Positions 37,887 through 51,343 of a stretch of DNA of 64,000 nt are shown piece by piece; the stretch's first letter is position 1; every line of letters starts with the position of its first letter. Below the pieces are notes generated by a model, which saw only the letters and a list, made by a program, of their open reading frames with translations, was not told where the DNA came from and did not search any database. The stretch covers positions 496,001-560,000 of the forward strand of contig JALMLS010000216.1 in assembly GCA_038496445.1 (NCBI GenBank). The letters are read 5' to 3'. This stretch comes from Trichosphaerium sp. ATCC 40318. Taxonomy: Eukaryota; Protista; Tubulinea. A program made the position numbers and the translations under genes.

Positions 37887-38336
37887 CGAGTAGTACCCTC
37901 CTGTTTTGATTTATGAGTTCACTTTTGTAAAGTAAACAAGCTTCACAAATAAATTTCTGGTTAACACTGAACATTGTTGAGGAAACTGTTTTTTTGTCAT
38001 TTGCATAAACTATTGTTTGCTTGTTGTACAGAACCACAATGAACTGGACGCTGAAACAGCGAGTATTCAAGGTTATTGATTTGCTTAATAGTTCAGAAAT
38101 TGAAATGCAAAAATCCAAAGCCAATATCAGCTATCTCTACCACCAACTGCTCTTGGTCTATGCATGAGTACTTGATAAGAATGCATGTCACCACCTTTAG
38201 GATAAAGCGTGGGTTATTTTGGAGTCTCTCTTTGTTTTGAGGTGATACTACGAGGTAAGGATACACGCTCCAAAAAAAACAGTTCTCTTTTTATTTTTTT
38301 TTTGTTGAATCCATAATTACATTTTTCTTTTTCTTT

Positions 38337-41300
38337 TCAATCTTTAGCGTTCTCGTTCGCAGTTACTTCTTTCTTCGGTACTCTTGGTAGTGGCTAAAAA
38401 CCAAAGAAAGTCAATAAACTTTATAGATAAAAATAAGAACAACATACCCGTTGAGGAGGCTTCTTCTTTCTGTATGAGTTTGTTCTTGTCTAAAAATAAA
38501 CGTCAAAATTTCTCGTTTTTTTCTTGATTTTTCTTCCGTTTTCTTGTCTCACTTACGTTCAGATTGCTTTGTACAGATACACTCTTTCTTGGTGTTGATG
38601 ATGTTCTTCTTGATTTTTTCGGTGATGATTGCATTGACTTGCTAAGTTGAACTTGTTTATCGATTTCTTCCCATTTTTTAAACATTTTTCTTACATTGCT
38701 ATTTAAACTGCACGAAAAACATTTTTAATTAAAAAAAACCCCTTTCCGATGATGACACTGCAGTTACAGATGTAGAAAAAAATAAAAATACTTGTATTCA
38801 TTTTGTGGAGAACAAGTACAGACCAAAGAAAGAAGTTCTGGTTTTTTTTCTGATTTTTTGAGTGTTTTGTTTGTTGGTTTAACGTGCGCACCTTATCACC
38901 TTTCTTCTCTTACTATTTCGTAAAACATTCGCAGATGCAGACCTAGTGGTCACACGTCTTGTTTTTTTCGGCGATCCTGGTGGTGTAGCACTAAACAAAA
39001 AATAAAAATTAACAACATATTTTCTTCACTGTAACATTACTAGAAGTGACGGTGTTTACCTCTTGTTTGAACTGTCTGAGTCAGAAGATTCACTGGATGG
39101 TGTAGGAATATCTCCTTTTGTTTTACGTAAACTACGGCTACCTCCAGTACCACGAGACTTTCTTAAACGAGTTCTATATCCACCAATCACAGTACCTTCA
39201 CCTCTAGGATTTTGTTCCTGTCGCCATTGATCATTTGTTTTAGTTCCTCCATTCTTAAAAAACCCATCAATTAATTGTATAGCACAATATAGAACAGTAC
39301 GAGAGCAAAAACAGGAACAAACGAAGAAGAAAAGAGGAAAATGAAGTTGACTGGAGACTTTTTTTTTTCAAGTCACGTCACATACGTATGTCTTGGCGTC
39401 AGCCTCTTCTTTCTTTGGTGTAGGTCTCTTTCTTGGTGATTGTGACCTTCTCTTCTTCTTAGCAGTACCTGGTACTGTGCGTTTTTTTGACGACGGAGAA
39501 GGTACTCTACCACTTCTCGGAGGAGGCGGTGTAGGTCTATTTGGTGGAGGACTTTTAAGCCTCTTCAAACTCGCTCTTTTCTTAGGACCGCCACGTGGTG
39601 GTACTTTTTTACCGCCTTTAGGCTTTTTCCTGAGACTGGATTTTTTTGCTGCTGAGCGGCGCCGTAGGTTCTAGTGATGAAAGTCACGTGACGTGACTTG
39701 AAAAGCAAAGAAAGAACTTCTTGGGGTTTTTTTCAGTTCGAAAATCAAAAGGAAAGGGTACCTTGTTTGATCGCTTTCTAGGTGTCTTAGGTTCTGGCTT
39801 CTTAGGCTTTGGAGGTTTGGCTATGGTGTTATCACTTTCATCAAATGTTTTTCTTACACGCGGTTCAGCAAAGTGAGATCTTCTAGGACCTTTTTTTGCA
39901 CTTGGTGGCGTAGGTCGCATTGAAACACTCTTTTTTTTCTATTTGGAAAATGAGTATTTTTGTTTGAAAGAAAAAACTTTTTTTGACTCACGTGAGCTAC
40001 AGACGTATTCGCCCTTTGCCAAGTGGAATTGCGTCTGTTAGCAGAAGATGATCCAGGATCAATAGTTGCTCTTCTGTTATCACTAGCTACAGTTTTTCGT
40101 CTGCCTGGTCCTTTTGATTCCCTTTCAATGTGTATTGTGTTCTGGAAGATGGCAGTTAGTAAAAGGCCAATCGTATTTCCTTCGAAATCCTACCCTCATA
40201 TCTGATCTATCCCTCTTGTTCTTGCGGACATGTATGTTCTCACTTGACTTTGAGTGATTTCCTCTTGGGAATGCAGTAAACCGTTTGCGATCCTTCTTAC
40301 GAGATGACCCACTTATTGTTGCTGGTTGTTTCCTCTTGGTCCTCTTTTGGTTTGTCTTTGCTATGACTATAGCATCGGTACTCAACCTCTTAACCCTACA
40401 AATAAAACACTCCGTTAATATGCGTTCTTACAAAACACGTGAATGTCACGTGACTATTAATTTTCTAAAACTTTCACGGAATTTTTTTTTCGTGGGTGTT
40501 GACGTACGCATCAAGTCGCTTTTGGTCTTTTTTTTCTTGCTCCTTCTTTTTCTCTTCTTTGCGCTTTTTCTCCTCTATCCTCTTTTTCTCTTCCTTTTTT
40601 TGTTTTTCAGCATGTCAACAACCAAAAAAATTTGAAAAAAACTTTTTTCTTCAAAAAGCCAGTTTGAAAAGATCAAAAAACCCCGCCAATCAATCTTACT
40701 GTATGCGTACCATTTTTAGTTTCATTGTAGGTGAGTTCAAGTTTTTGGCCTTACTAAATATACCACTCCTGAACAGAAAAAACGTTTTAATGGTTTTTTT
40801 TATTTCAACTTTGAACTTCTTTTATACCTTCGTTTAGCCTTTGGATCTTGGATTTCGTTTCCACCAAACTTTGCAAGGTTACAAAGCAAGCAAATACGAA
40901 CCTTTCCTTCCGAAATATGTGGAAGATGCGCACGATACTTAGAGCACGTTTCACATACGACCTAAACGAGTTTAGAGAAACAAGGTTAAGAAATAAAAAT
41001 GCGTACTTTACCACAAGAACGACAATGATGGCGCCTTTTGAGTCATGTAAGTTTCAACAAAATTTATGATTACACGTGCCTGAAGAAGGTCGTAAACTTT
41101 GCCTCACATACCATACATAATGGTGCATCATTATCTTGTACCCAAACTGATGCGTGAGCAGCTGCAACGCCCTGTGATACTAAGTTAAAATTTTTCCAAG
41201 GTTACAATAACTTACAGCTCGTGATTCAACCAAGGCTTCATTAATAGCTTTTACCCATTTTTCTTTTTCTTTCACTGTGTCGGTATAAACCACAAACGAT

Positions 41301-43305
41301 TTTTTAGAAGTAATGATAGCGAACTGATTCTTGTACGCTAATAAAAGGTAAGTAAACATCTTAGATTTTTTTGTGAGTCGCACAAGCATCATCTTTTTTG
41401 TCTTCAAGGGAAGCGCCTTTTAGCTCAAGTACTTTGTGAAACGCGCTATTTAAAATGTTAGTGGACACCAATATAATTTTCACGTGTACAATTCAGCGCC
41501 ACCAGCAATGCCAGCTGCAAGCTTCTTTCCTCCGGAATATTTTTTACAATAAATTATAACATCGCTGAAAAGAAAAAAGTAACGCTCTTTATCCTCCTTT
41601 CTGCATTTCTTAGTAAGCTGTCCTTCTAGTATAAACAATCTACCAGGCTTAAGCATCTCCCAAGACTATATGTGTTAATAAGCGAATCAAACTCAAGAAG
41701 GACTTACAGCCGGTTTGTTTTTAAGGGTTTTTTCTATTTCAAGCATTTTCTGCCAGTTGTTGAACTGAGCCAAGTGCTTCTCCAAATGACTGTTAACACC
41801 TTGAACACTTTCATGTGCATCAACCAATGGTTTATAATCCACGTGTTCTTTATTCGTATTTTTTACGAGCTCTCTGAACAACAGCTAAATAAAACAACAG
41901 ATTAACTTTAAACAATTCTTTTTAAAGTTGAGGCGGTTAATGCCATCCTCGTTTCTTTTTTAAACTAACCTCATATCTGCACATGCGCTGAATAGGCTAT
42001 TGTAATATTAGCTATATCACAAGTTGTATTAATAAATAGACGAAATCACATACCATAATGAGCAAAGACTCTAAACTTTGTGATTTATCATAATCGTTAG
42101 GTACTTTATCAAGAAGATCCTAAAACAACTAATTAATTTAACCCACAACAAGTAGTTATCGTCGTTCTAAAATAAACCGTTCATATCATCTCATAATTTT
42201 TATATTCAATGCACGCCAGCACGTGATTAACAAAAACGATAAAAAATCCAAAAAACGTACAGTGATAAACTCGCAAAAAGACTTTGATTTCTCTTTCTTC
42301 TCAGACAATATTTGCACACCATTATAATAATTTGTACAATAAATAGTATACCTTTCCAAGTCAGTATTTTGTAAAATTATTCATAAAACTCCAGATAACG
42401 TACAACTTCAAGAAGGGAATCTAAATAAAAAGTAAAAACCAAATTCAGCACTTCGTTCAATAAAAATTCCGCAAGTGCTTACCAATACTTGAAATACATC
42501 GCCTAACCGCTGATCCTTTGTATCTAAGTTATTCCACTCTTGTAAACGCTTGTCAAGAGCATCGTGTATGACTTTACTCAACCGTTGTATTTCCTACAGA
42601 CAGGTTACGAAAAAACCAAAAAAAAAACAACCGCAGTTATTTTTGAATAAAAACACGTGACCACGCGCTACATTCAAAAAATACAGTTACTTCTCGTAAT
42701 TATAAAATCCACAAGCTGCATGTATTTAAATCCACTAAAACTGCAGACGTTGCAATATTTTCTTTCAAACGGCGTTAAATCACGTGTTTGTTTTATATCG
42801 CGCATTTTTTTTTGTTTTGGGTTTTGCTTATGTAAAGTACCTCTATGCCTCCAAATATTTGTCTCAGCTCCTCTGGTTTAAACTCTGCAGCGTCTGTAAT
42901 TGGCTTTTGAAAATACTACAAAATTATAAGCCGGCTGTGTCCGAATAACGTCTTCATCAAAAAAAGAGGCTGAAAAATACAGCTTTATGATGTTATTGCT
43001 TTTTTGTGTTGTTTAATTTTTTCCTTTCTTTGACGCTTTAACGCTTTGTATGAAAGACAGTACCTCTGTAGTTTGATTCAAATACTTTAAATAAGTCCCT
43101 TCAGTATGTAGAAGCTCTTTTGCGAGTTTCACTCTGCTTGCTTTCTTGCCTGGAGTAGGCGCATTAAATTGTATACTGAACATATAACACCTATCTAAAT
43201 TATCTCTATCGTACGTCTTAGACTCAGAAATTCATCGTGAGCGTAATATCGCCTGAAAGCGCTTTGGATAATCCTAATATCCTCACTAACAATCTCGCCT
43301 TGCAT
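38337..43305 (-). CDS. FGD-like RhoGEF: IQ - DH - PH - FYVE with a long basic Pro/Lys/Arg-rich tail
   Basis: IIQSAFRRY; KELLHTEGTY; SLLIMPIQRMCRYELLFREL; ERYFFLFSD; WVQD..CMVC..RRHHCRSCGRVVCETCS. Confidence 0.88.
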
Positions 43306-43739
43306 ATTTTATGCTTTTTAAGGTGTTTGTTAACCTGTGTTTTTTTTTCTTGTTAGGCTCCGGTTAGTAGTGTCGTTTTAATAGTTTTGTGATCTCTTTT
43401 AAGTCCGATTTGGTTTGCTTCTCTCTGAAACAGATCCTCTAATGCACCGTTTGTTCTACTATATTGTCTTTGTGCTCTCGTTTAGATAGCAACTTGGTTA
43501 AATAGGGATAAGAACATTGTTATGCTTATCACGTGATTTTTTTGGCAAGAAAAGAGAATGAAGAATTCTTCTTCGGTGAAGCCTTTACGGAACTTCTGGT
43601 ACTTGTACGAAACCTTTACTGCGCGTTCAAGTCATTTTTAAGATCTTTTTTGGATGAATGAAAATATAGTGGCTTTTAGCGACTACAAGTACACTGAGAG
43701 TACCTACCAACTATTATTTATTTCTCATGGGGTTTTACC

Positions 43740-44068
43740 ATGAACATAAATAAAAGCTCAGTACATGTCGTTGTCAAAGCAAGTATCGAAACATTTAAGT
43801 CTTTTGATGGGACTACCTGTAAGTTTACAAGATTCTAAGCATGAAACTTTGTACTCACATTTAAGTTGTTTTAATAGCAGGTGATACATCTGGTATGATA
43901 GTTGGAGGTAGTGTTGGCACATCGGATGATATAGTTTACAAAGCGCTGTTTGCGTTTTGGGAGGTTTTGTGAGCGTAGGAATAGTGTTTGCTAGCGTTAA
44001 ATACGTTCAGATTTCGGATTGCTTAATTAGAACCTTCTTCAAGAAACCTAGCCCGAAAACAGACTAAG
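43740..44068 (+). CDS. Possible small spliced ORF or gene remnant
   Basis: MNINKSSVHVVVK..GTTS joins in phase across a GTAAGT..TAG intron to GDTSGMIVGGSVG..AFWE. No homology recognised. Confidence 0.25.
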
Positions 44069-45045
44069 TGACGATTGTTGCATGGGGCAATTAGTATGGG
44101 ATGCAAACCACATGAGGCGGTAGTATCACTTGTAGTCGGAAGCACATGTATAAGTGGGATCGGCAGCGTAAGTGACTAGCTATTATTAAGCACGTGAAAA
44201 ACAGCTAAAACTTGAATTTGTGTAAGTACGCTGTCAATGTTCTTGAACTGTCCGTTCTACTGTGATGCTTAAGAAAGTACAATAATATTCTTAGTAAAGA
44301 AGCTAGCAAGTCACAATTGATTTGACGATAAATAGAATATTTGACAAAGGGGTGGCTTTAAAGAAAAACGTGTTTTGAAGGCCAGCGTGTGATTTCAGTT
44401 TAACTGCGTCGTAAGTAGTAGTTTGGCGTGGCTATGTAATCTGTACACGAGCGTTTACAACACGTGGTGCCTCCAAGGCTCAGCCTTACAGAAAAACACA
44501 GCTTCTTTCCTCACATGTTTAAAACTCCTATTTGAGTCACGTTTTAATGTTGAGGAGACTTTTTTGTTGTTTTGGGAATAGACGGTTAATTGTTAAGAAA
44601 GATTCAAACTGTGGTTTTTAATATTACAGTAGCTACATCACAGCGCGACTACGAAACAAAAAGGAAGGTTAACGTTTTGGCAACGTGTGATTATTGACAT
44701 ATCTGGCACTTTCTGACTATTCAAAAATATCTTCCCAAACTATCCCAACGTACTTCTCAACAAAAGTCTACGCGGATCCGACGGTTATTTTAATAAATGG
44801 TGAGCTTAAACACAAAATCTATGAAGTATTCTGGTCATTGTGAAAAGAGGAGTGTAGGTGTAGACCTAGTAATATGCTTTACTTCTTTTTGTTGTTAGGT
44901 TTTTTTTCGTGGATTGCACATAGGAAAACGTGACGTTATAGTTTTACGACAATACAACAAGATTTAGTGAATATGTGAACGCAAATGTCGCTGAACTTAA
45001 AACCATATCTTCACAACACCAACAAGAACAACAACTAAAACAACA

Positions 45046-46121
45046 ATGACTTCAATTGGCCCTATCTTTATCAAGAACAAGAACAGCGGTTTGGTTATGG
45101 ACTGCAAATACTTTAGCGATGCTGACTGCACTCCCGTCATTCAATACGGACGCAAAGGTGAATCTTATGATAACCAGCTCTATACCGCTGAGAAAGTCGG
45201 TGGTACCTTCGAGAAACCTATTTATAAGATCATCTGTCACTTCTCAGGAAAGGTACATTGTACTTTTTTTAGAAACCTGTTGATTTACCTAACTACCTCA
45301 CTAGGTATTGGATATTTCTGGTGCTAGTTGCGAAAACGGTGCCCCTCTTATTGAATATCACTACCACAATGGTGAAAACCAACAGTTTTACATGGAAGCC
45401 CAAGGAGAACGTATGTGTCCATTCTTTGTTTTTTGTTCTGTGAATGTTTTTGTCTTTTTAGCTTGGAAGTCACGTGACCAAGTTTTTCGTTTCTTGTGGT
45501 TTTTTATTGTTAACTTCTCTTCTAGATACCGTATTTGTCAATGTACGATCAGGTAAAGCTTTGAGCGTACCTGGATCATCAGATGCTCCAGAGACTCAAA
45601 TCGTTCAAGAGGAAAGAACGAACGCCGATAACCAACTGTGGGAAATTGTTTACCCAGAAGGTAAAGGATTAACTATTTGTGTTCAAGACGCTGCCATCAA
45701 GGTTGAGTACATCGTACCTCCTGATCTCAAGGACAACACTATTTATCGCGAGTCTGTCACCTTCACCAACAAGCTCCCTATCCCACTCAATGATTGCAAA
45801 GCCATCATCGATGTTGATGAGAACTCTCCTTTCCATAGCGAGAGCATGTCTACCGGTGGCGTTAGCATGGATCTCGATGCCATCACCTTCGACTTTGGTT
45901 CTATCCCAGCTAACGGGTACGTCACACAACCACTTCAAGAACTTGGATTAACGTCTGCGTTTAGATCGAAGACCAAGTACTGGACATTCAGCTTCCCTAA
46001 ACTCGATAAGGATATGCCTGACACGAAGTTCCAAGGTATCTTCCAACTCGCTCCATTCTACAAGATCGATTACTCGAAATGGGGTGGAACTTCAAAGAAA
46101 CTCCCAGTAACTGGAAACTAA
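45046..46121 (+). CDS. Ricin-B (beta-trefoil) lectin with a C-terminal beta-sandwich-like domain; no signal peptide
   Basis: Three subdomains: NSGLVMD..NQLY, SGKVLDI..NQQF, SGKALSV..NQLW. Three exons; C-ending codon bias. Confidence 0.88.
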
Positions 46122-46476
46122 TCTTCTGCGAGTTGCAACCCCAGCACCTTTAGCAAGCTTGTATCTTGAGCTTACAATAAATTACCTTCATTACTGTTTC
46201 ATAGTTAAATTTCATTGTAATCGAACATTGTTTGAGTGCAGAAGGTGAGAGCCCTTGCACGGTAACACTTCACGAATGTAGTTTATAATTATAACACGTG
46301 TCTCAGTTTGTGGTATTATGAAAATATCCTTGTACAAGTACTCAAATACTCACCAGAAAGCTATAATTATTGGTATTCAGTAAAAACAACAGAGGTACTT
46401 AAAGAAATACTTTGACGTTTTATCAAAAACCTGTGGTTGAAATTCTCCATCTGGAATTCAAAACAGCGCCGTAGTA

Positions 46477-47256
46477 ATGTCAGTTAAACGCCATTCATGT
46501 ATTGAACAACGAATTGCTATTTATAGTTTTCCTTGTGAGATAATAACGTACATTCTATGTTATTTAGATAAAGAACAACGTATTAACACTACAACGGTAT
46601 CTCACCTATTCAATAGCATCATAAGACAAAACGTTGGTTTTGTAAGATTATTCCTACACGACCCATTTGACGTTTATCGTCTCAAGGACAGCCCGCTACT
46701 CCGAAACACTCCAATTACTTGTCGATTATTAAATTTGTCCGCAGATCATTTGGCTTGCCTTTCAGGTGTTCACACTATTAACCTACAATGGTCAACAATA
46801 ACTGATGAAGGTATACTTGCATTGGTAAATGGGGGAGCACAACCGATTCACACCATAAACTTACAAGGAACGAAGATAACAGATATCTCACTTCAGGCTC
46901 TCAAAGACGTTCACAAGATTGACCTTTATGGTTGTAAAAACATAACCGTTAAAGGCATAAGCGCTCTCAAAGATGTACACCATATAACACTTAGATGTCC
47001 TCCTGATGAATGGCTTAAACATCTTGCTAACGTTCATACTGTTTGTATTCTTAAAGGCAGTGAAGAAATGACAGATAACGGTATACGACATTTGACAGGA
47101 GTTAAAAGATTGTACCTTACAGAATGCGTTAACATAACTAACTCAAGTTTGGAGAGCTTGATAGACCTTGAGTACGTCTATCTCAAAGATTGTCCAAATA
47201 TTTCATACCATTGTGTAAAAAACATTGAATCTCTCATCAAAATGGAAATCCGGTAA
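46477..47256 (+). CDS. Intronless F-box + LRR protein
   Basis: FPCEIITYILCYL F-box; repeats LSGVHTINL, LKDVHKIDLYGC, LTGVKRLYLTEC. Confidence 0.85.
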   Translation: MSVKRHSCIEQRIAIYSFPCEIITYILCYLDKEQRINTTTVSHLFNSIIRQNVGFVRLFLHDPFDVYRLKDSPLLRNTPITCRLLNLSADHLACLSGVHTINLQWSTITDEGILALVNGGAQPIHTINLQGTKITDISLQALKDVHKIDLYGCKNITVKGISALKDVHHITLRCPPDEWLKHLANVHTVCILKGSEEMTDNGIRHLTGVKRLYLTECVNITNSSLESLIDLEYVYLKDCPNISYHCVKNIESLIKMEIR

Positions 47257-47292
47257 ATACAAACTACAAATACGTAGGCGGTAAATCCGTGA

Positions 47293-47557
47293 TGAAAAGA
47301 GATGTTTTCTGGTTACAAATATTTCAAATATTACTAATATTCCAAATATTATGAAATAAATGTAACACTTGAAACAAAACAGAAAAGCGCGACCAAACTA
47401 CCGTAGAACGCTTTTCAGGTGTTTAGCGTAACTTTTAACAACCGACTGACAAAAAGTTTGGCAGGTTTTTCAACAATTTCGCAACATTTAAAACATTTGC
47501 AATATTTTAAATATTTGAAATATTTTGAAATATGTAAACATCTCTAAAGACTTTTCA
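47293..47557. mobile_element. Candidate foldback/MITE-like non-autonomous element
   Basis: AGAGATGTTT (47298) and AAACATCTCT (47536) are inverted termini. Inward lie inverted arrays of 9-10 bp AATATTT-type units, and an internal GAAAAGCG/CGCTTTTC inverted repeat. Confidence 0.4.
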
Positions 47558-47891
47558 AATTTCGCTCAAAATCTGTATGTTGTTGAATGTATCTTCAAGG
47601 GCGTTGCTCATGGGGAGACCTAAGTATACTATTCTTAACTGTAGTCTTCAATTGCGTTCTTCTTGAGAAGTTTAAGTTTTTACCTTACTTTTGAAGCTCG
47701 CGGCTTTCGATTTTTTACGAATTTTTTTCGCGTGGCTGGAACAAATCATACCGCTATATTATCGTAGGGAATTGCTAAAATAGAAGTTCTGCTATTCTCG
47801 GTTAGCCAAATAACTTTTTTACAAAAGTTCCAAATTGGTTCGTTTCTCTTTTGTATTCTTTGATTATTTTCTTTACCAGTAGCACGCGAGA

Positions 47892-50800
47892 ATGCGATAC
47901 CTTACGTCTGTAGCCATACTGCTCGTATACGTTTGTTTCAGCGCATACGCAAGTAAATGCGATAATGCATTCGTAAGTGTTGTTTTCTACGCCCAATAAG
48001 CGTTTGAGAGCAATTAGAGTCATTTTTATGTTTTTATTCACTTTTCGCTTTTTACTGGCGGATAAATAGATTAAACTCATATTGATGCGTAGGTAGCACT
48101 GTCTCAGCCATCCAATGGTCCTTTGACCCAAGCCCTACTATCATCAAGCGGAAAATGGTTTGGAGATATCGGTAGGCATAGCTAGCGCCACAACTTTGTC
48201 TTAGAGCGCTAACTGTTCACACAGGAAACTATGACAATTGCCTTCTTGAAAAAAAAGCTGTCCATTGCTTGTTGCAATTCCCTCTAGCAGCAACGCTACC
48301 ACCTAATACAACAGCACCAGATGCAACGTACGCCAGGCCGGAGAAACAATCTTCTTAATTCTTTGGTGCTTTGATGAAATGTTATTGTCTAATGTAGCTA
48401 CTAGTATTTCATGGGGTCTGTGTGTACCTAGTGAGTGCTCTTCGAGCACATTACAACAAACTTTACAGACAACAATCCCATTTTATCTGAGCGTGTTACT
48501 TCCACGTGCTGCTGGTATGTATACTTGATTCGTTTAAGATTGAAGTGCTCTTTGTCTTAAAATGCTTTTAGGAATTGGTGATACAATAAAGCATATAGCA
48601 AATATATCACACGTGACATGCAGTAACGATCCAAAACAATCACTTACATCTGGTAACAAGTCGCTCTCAATATTGATCACTCATTGTTTTTATCTTTGGG
48701 GAGTATTGTTGTTATATCTGTGATAGCTATACTATCTATAGCCGTTTTAATAAGCACAAGTATTGATTATATTATCTACAGAAAGGTTTACAATTCTTTT
48801 TTCTTTTTTGGCTCTGATTTTTTGACTTAGAAAATATCTTTCAGTAAAACCAAAGCTAACCAGCAGTTGTACGTTCCTGTTGGAGAAAATAATATTCAAG
48901 AAGACGAAGTTAAAGTTCCTTCAAAGAAGATACTGAGCAAGACCGAGGACATACTTACTAGTTTCTCGTTCCTCAGAAACTTTGAGTATTTAACAGCAAC
49001 TCAAAAAGGAAATATGGGAGCTCTAAATGGTCTACGGTACGTAATATATTTGTTGAACAATAAAAAGCGTTTATAACACTGTATAGTGTTCTCAGTATGG
49101 TCTGGGTTATCGCAGGACACTCATTTGTTTGTACGTGGAACAAACTATCTTTTTGGTTTTGTCTCATTTTTTTCTGTTTTAGACTGGGTTGTTGTTGCGG
49201 GTGGACCTACAATAAGCAACTTTCCTTACCTCTTAAAAGCATTCCAAAGACCATCTTTTCAATTTATCCTGAACGCTCCATATGCAGTTGATACGTTCTT
49301 TTTTTTGAGTGGTACGTCCTCTTATTTTCTTTGATCATTTTACGAGCTGATACTTGAATCGTAGGATTTTTGATTGCTTACTTCTTGTACACAACCTTCC
49401 AATCAAAGGGAAACTTGTCGGTCTCTGAATGGATAATGTTATATGGCACGTGCCCTTTTCTTTAAACGCAATAATATGTTTATTCTCGATTTAGTGCATA
49501 GATGGTTGAGGCTTACACCTTTACTTGCATTTGCTGTATTTGTGTACACATATTTGCTACCAGAAATAGGAAGTGGTCCATTTTGGTACAACATTGATTG
49601 CAAAACGAAAACCATGTTTATAAGTGTTTAGGTCATCTTTCAGAGGTGTTTTTGAAGCGACAGAGGTTGATCATTGTAAGCGATACTGGTGGTCTAACTT
49701 ACTTTATATTAATACATTCGTACCTTGGACAAAGGTAAAAAGATATAAATGAATAACATAGTACTAAAGTACTAATCCAAATGAACAGGGATTTTCACAA
49801 TCCTGTATGCAGTGGACCTGGTACTTGGCTAATGATATGCAATTTTTCGTGATAACACCACCTCTTATTTATCTTTACTATAAAATCCCTGTTGCTGGCC
49901 TATCAGCAATGTTGATTATAGTACTGGTTTGTAGTTTTACAAGGTATTACTGTGAGACTTTAGGTTTTTTACAAATATGCTAATAGCTTCGAAGGTTTTC
50001 TATGACTCTTAGATACGATATACCTCCAACTCTATTCGCTGGAATTAATCCGTCATCAACCCTCGAATCACAAAACTATGCTCTAAGGGAGTATACTCGT
50101 GCGTGGTACAGGATTGGTTCATACATGGTAAGTTTTCTATTAACAGTCACAAATATACTAAAGAGAGTATGCTTGTAGATAGGTGTAGTTTTCGGTTTAG
50201 TGTATCAACACAAGTCTAAACAGAAAACAAAATTATGGATAGCATCTATCATGTGGCTAGGTGTATGTGGGGGCATGTTTGCATGTATTTTTGCGACAGT
50301 GGGATTAACAAGAGAGCACCCACGTGCGTACGACTATCACAAATAGTATCCAACTTGCTTTCTTGCAAGTTGTCCGCGTCTAGTACATAAAACCTCTTGA
50401 ACTCTAACATGCTTTATAGAGGTATGGTCTACATTATTTACAAGCTTTTATAGCGCTTTTGAAATTGTGGTGTGGGCAACAGCACTGGGCTTTTTAGTGT
50501 TTACACTACTTACAGGTAATTACAATCTCCTATTTACCATAAATATGGGTTTTTAGTGTTGAACGTTGACCAACTTTTCTAAGGTCAGGGAGGATATCTT
50601 GGCGACTTTTTAGCAGCACATATTTGGCTACCATTAGCTAGACTTACTTATGGAGCTTACTTGTTCCACCCTATTTGGTACGCGGCCGCAAAACAGTTTT
50701 TAGCAAAAGAGACAAGTTGCACGCAGTTTTTCTGACATTTGCTCTCTTCCCTTTTAGGATCACTCTTGTAAGCACAAGTACTCATTCTGTTGAGAGTTAT

Positions 50801-50953
50801 TCTGATATTACGCTTGTCTACAAAGTACTTGGAAATGTACTCATTGCGTACCTGATTTCTTTTATCACGTATATGATATTAGAGCGTCCTTTTATGAACA
50901 TAGAGAAGTGGTCTTTTAGTTTTTTGCATAGAAAGAAGCCAACGTACGCTTAA
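47892..50953 (+). CDS. NRF-6/OACYL-like membrane O-acyltransferase (NRF domain + Acyl_transf_3)
   Basis: Signal peptide, GDIGNYDNC, LNGLRVFSMVWVIAGHS, AVDTFFFLSG, YVHRWLRLTP, WWSNLLYIN, CMQWTWYLANDMQF, PLARLTYGAYLFHP, ERPF. Confidence 0.92.
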
Positions 50954-51343
50954 AATAAAAAAATAAAGCATAAAACACTGAAAAAAGTCTGTACATGCTA
51001 TCAAACAGCGATACGCAAGTTTTCTTTTACTGTGTAGCGGGCAAAACTAATCTAAAATTGGCTGAAAAGTCGTTTCTTTTCGGTTTTGAGTAGCGACTGA
51101 TTTTTTAGAAATGTTTTGTACGCTACTGAGAATCTTACTTAGTGTACTTTTACACAGGTTAGACCGTTATTTTGTTTTTGCTGCAAAGAGTCAAAATTGT
51201 CACCCAAAGTTGAACAAAGTTGAAAAAAGTCGTTTCGATCATTTTTAGATCATAATGTACTCCTAGTGTACGTATATATGAAGGTTGATAAAAAGCGCTT
51301 ATAATTAAGAAAAAGAGAAAGTTGTTTGTTTGATCGTCGGTAA

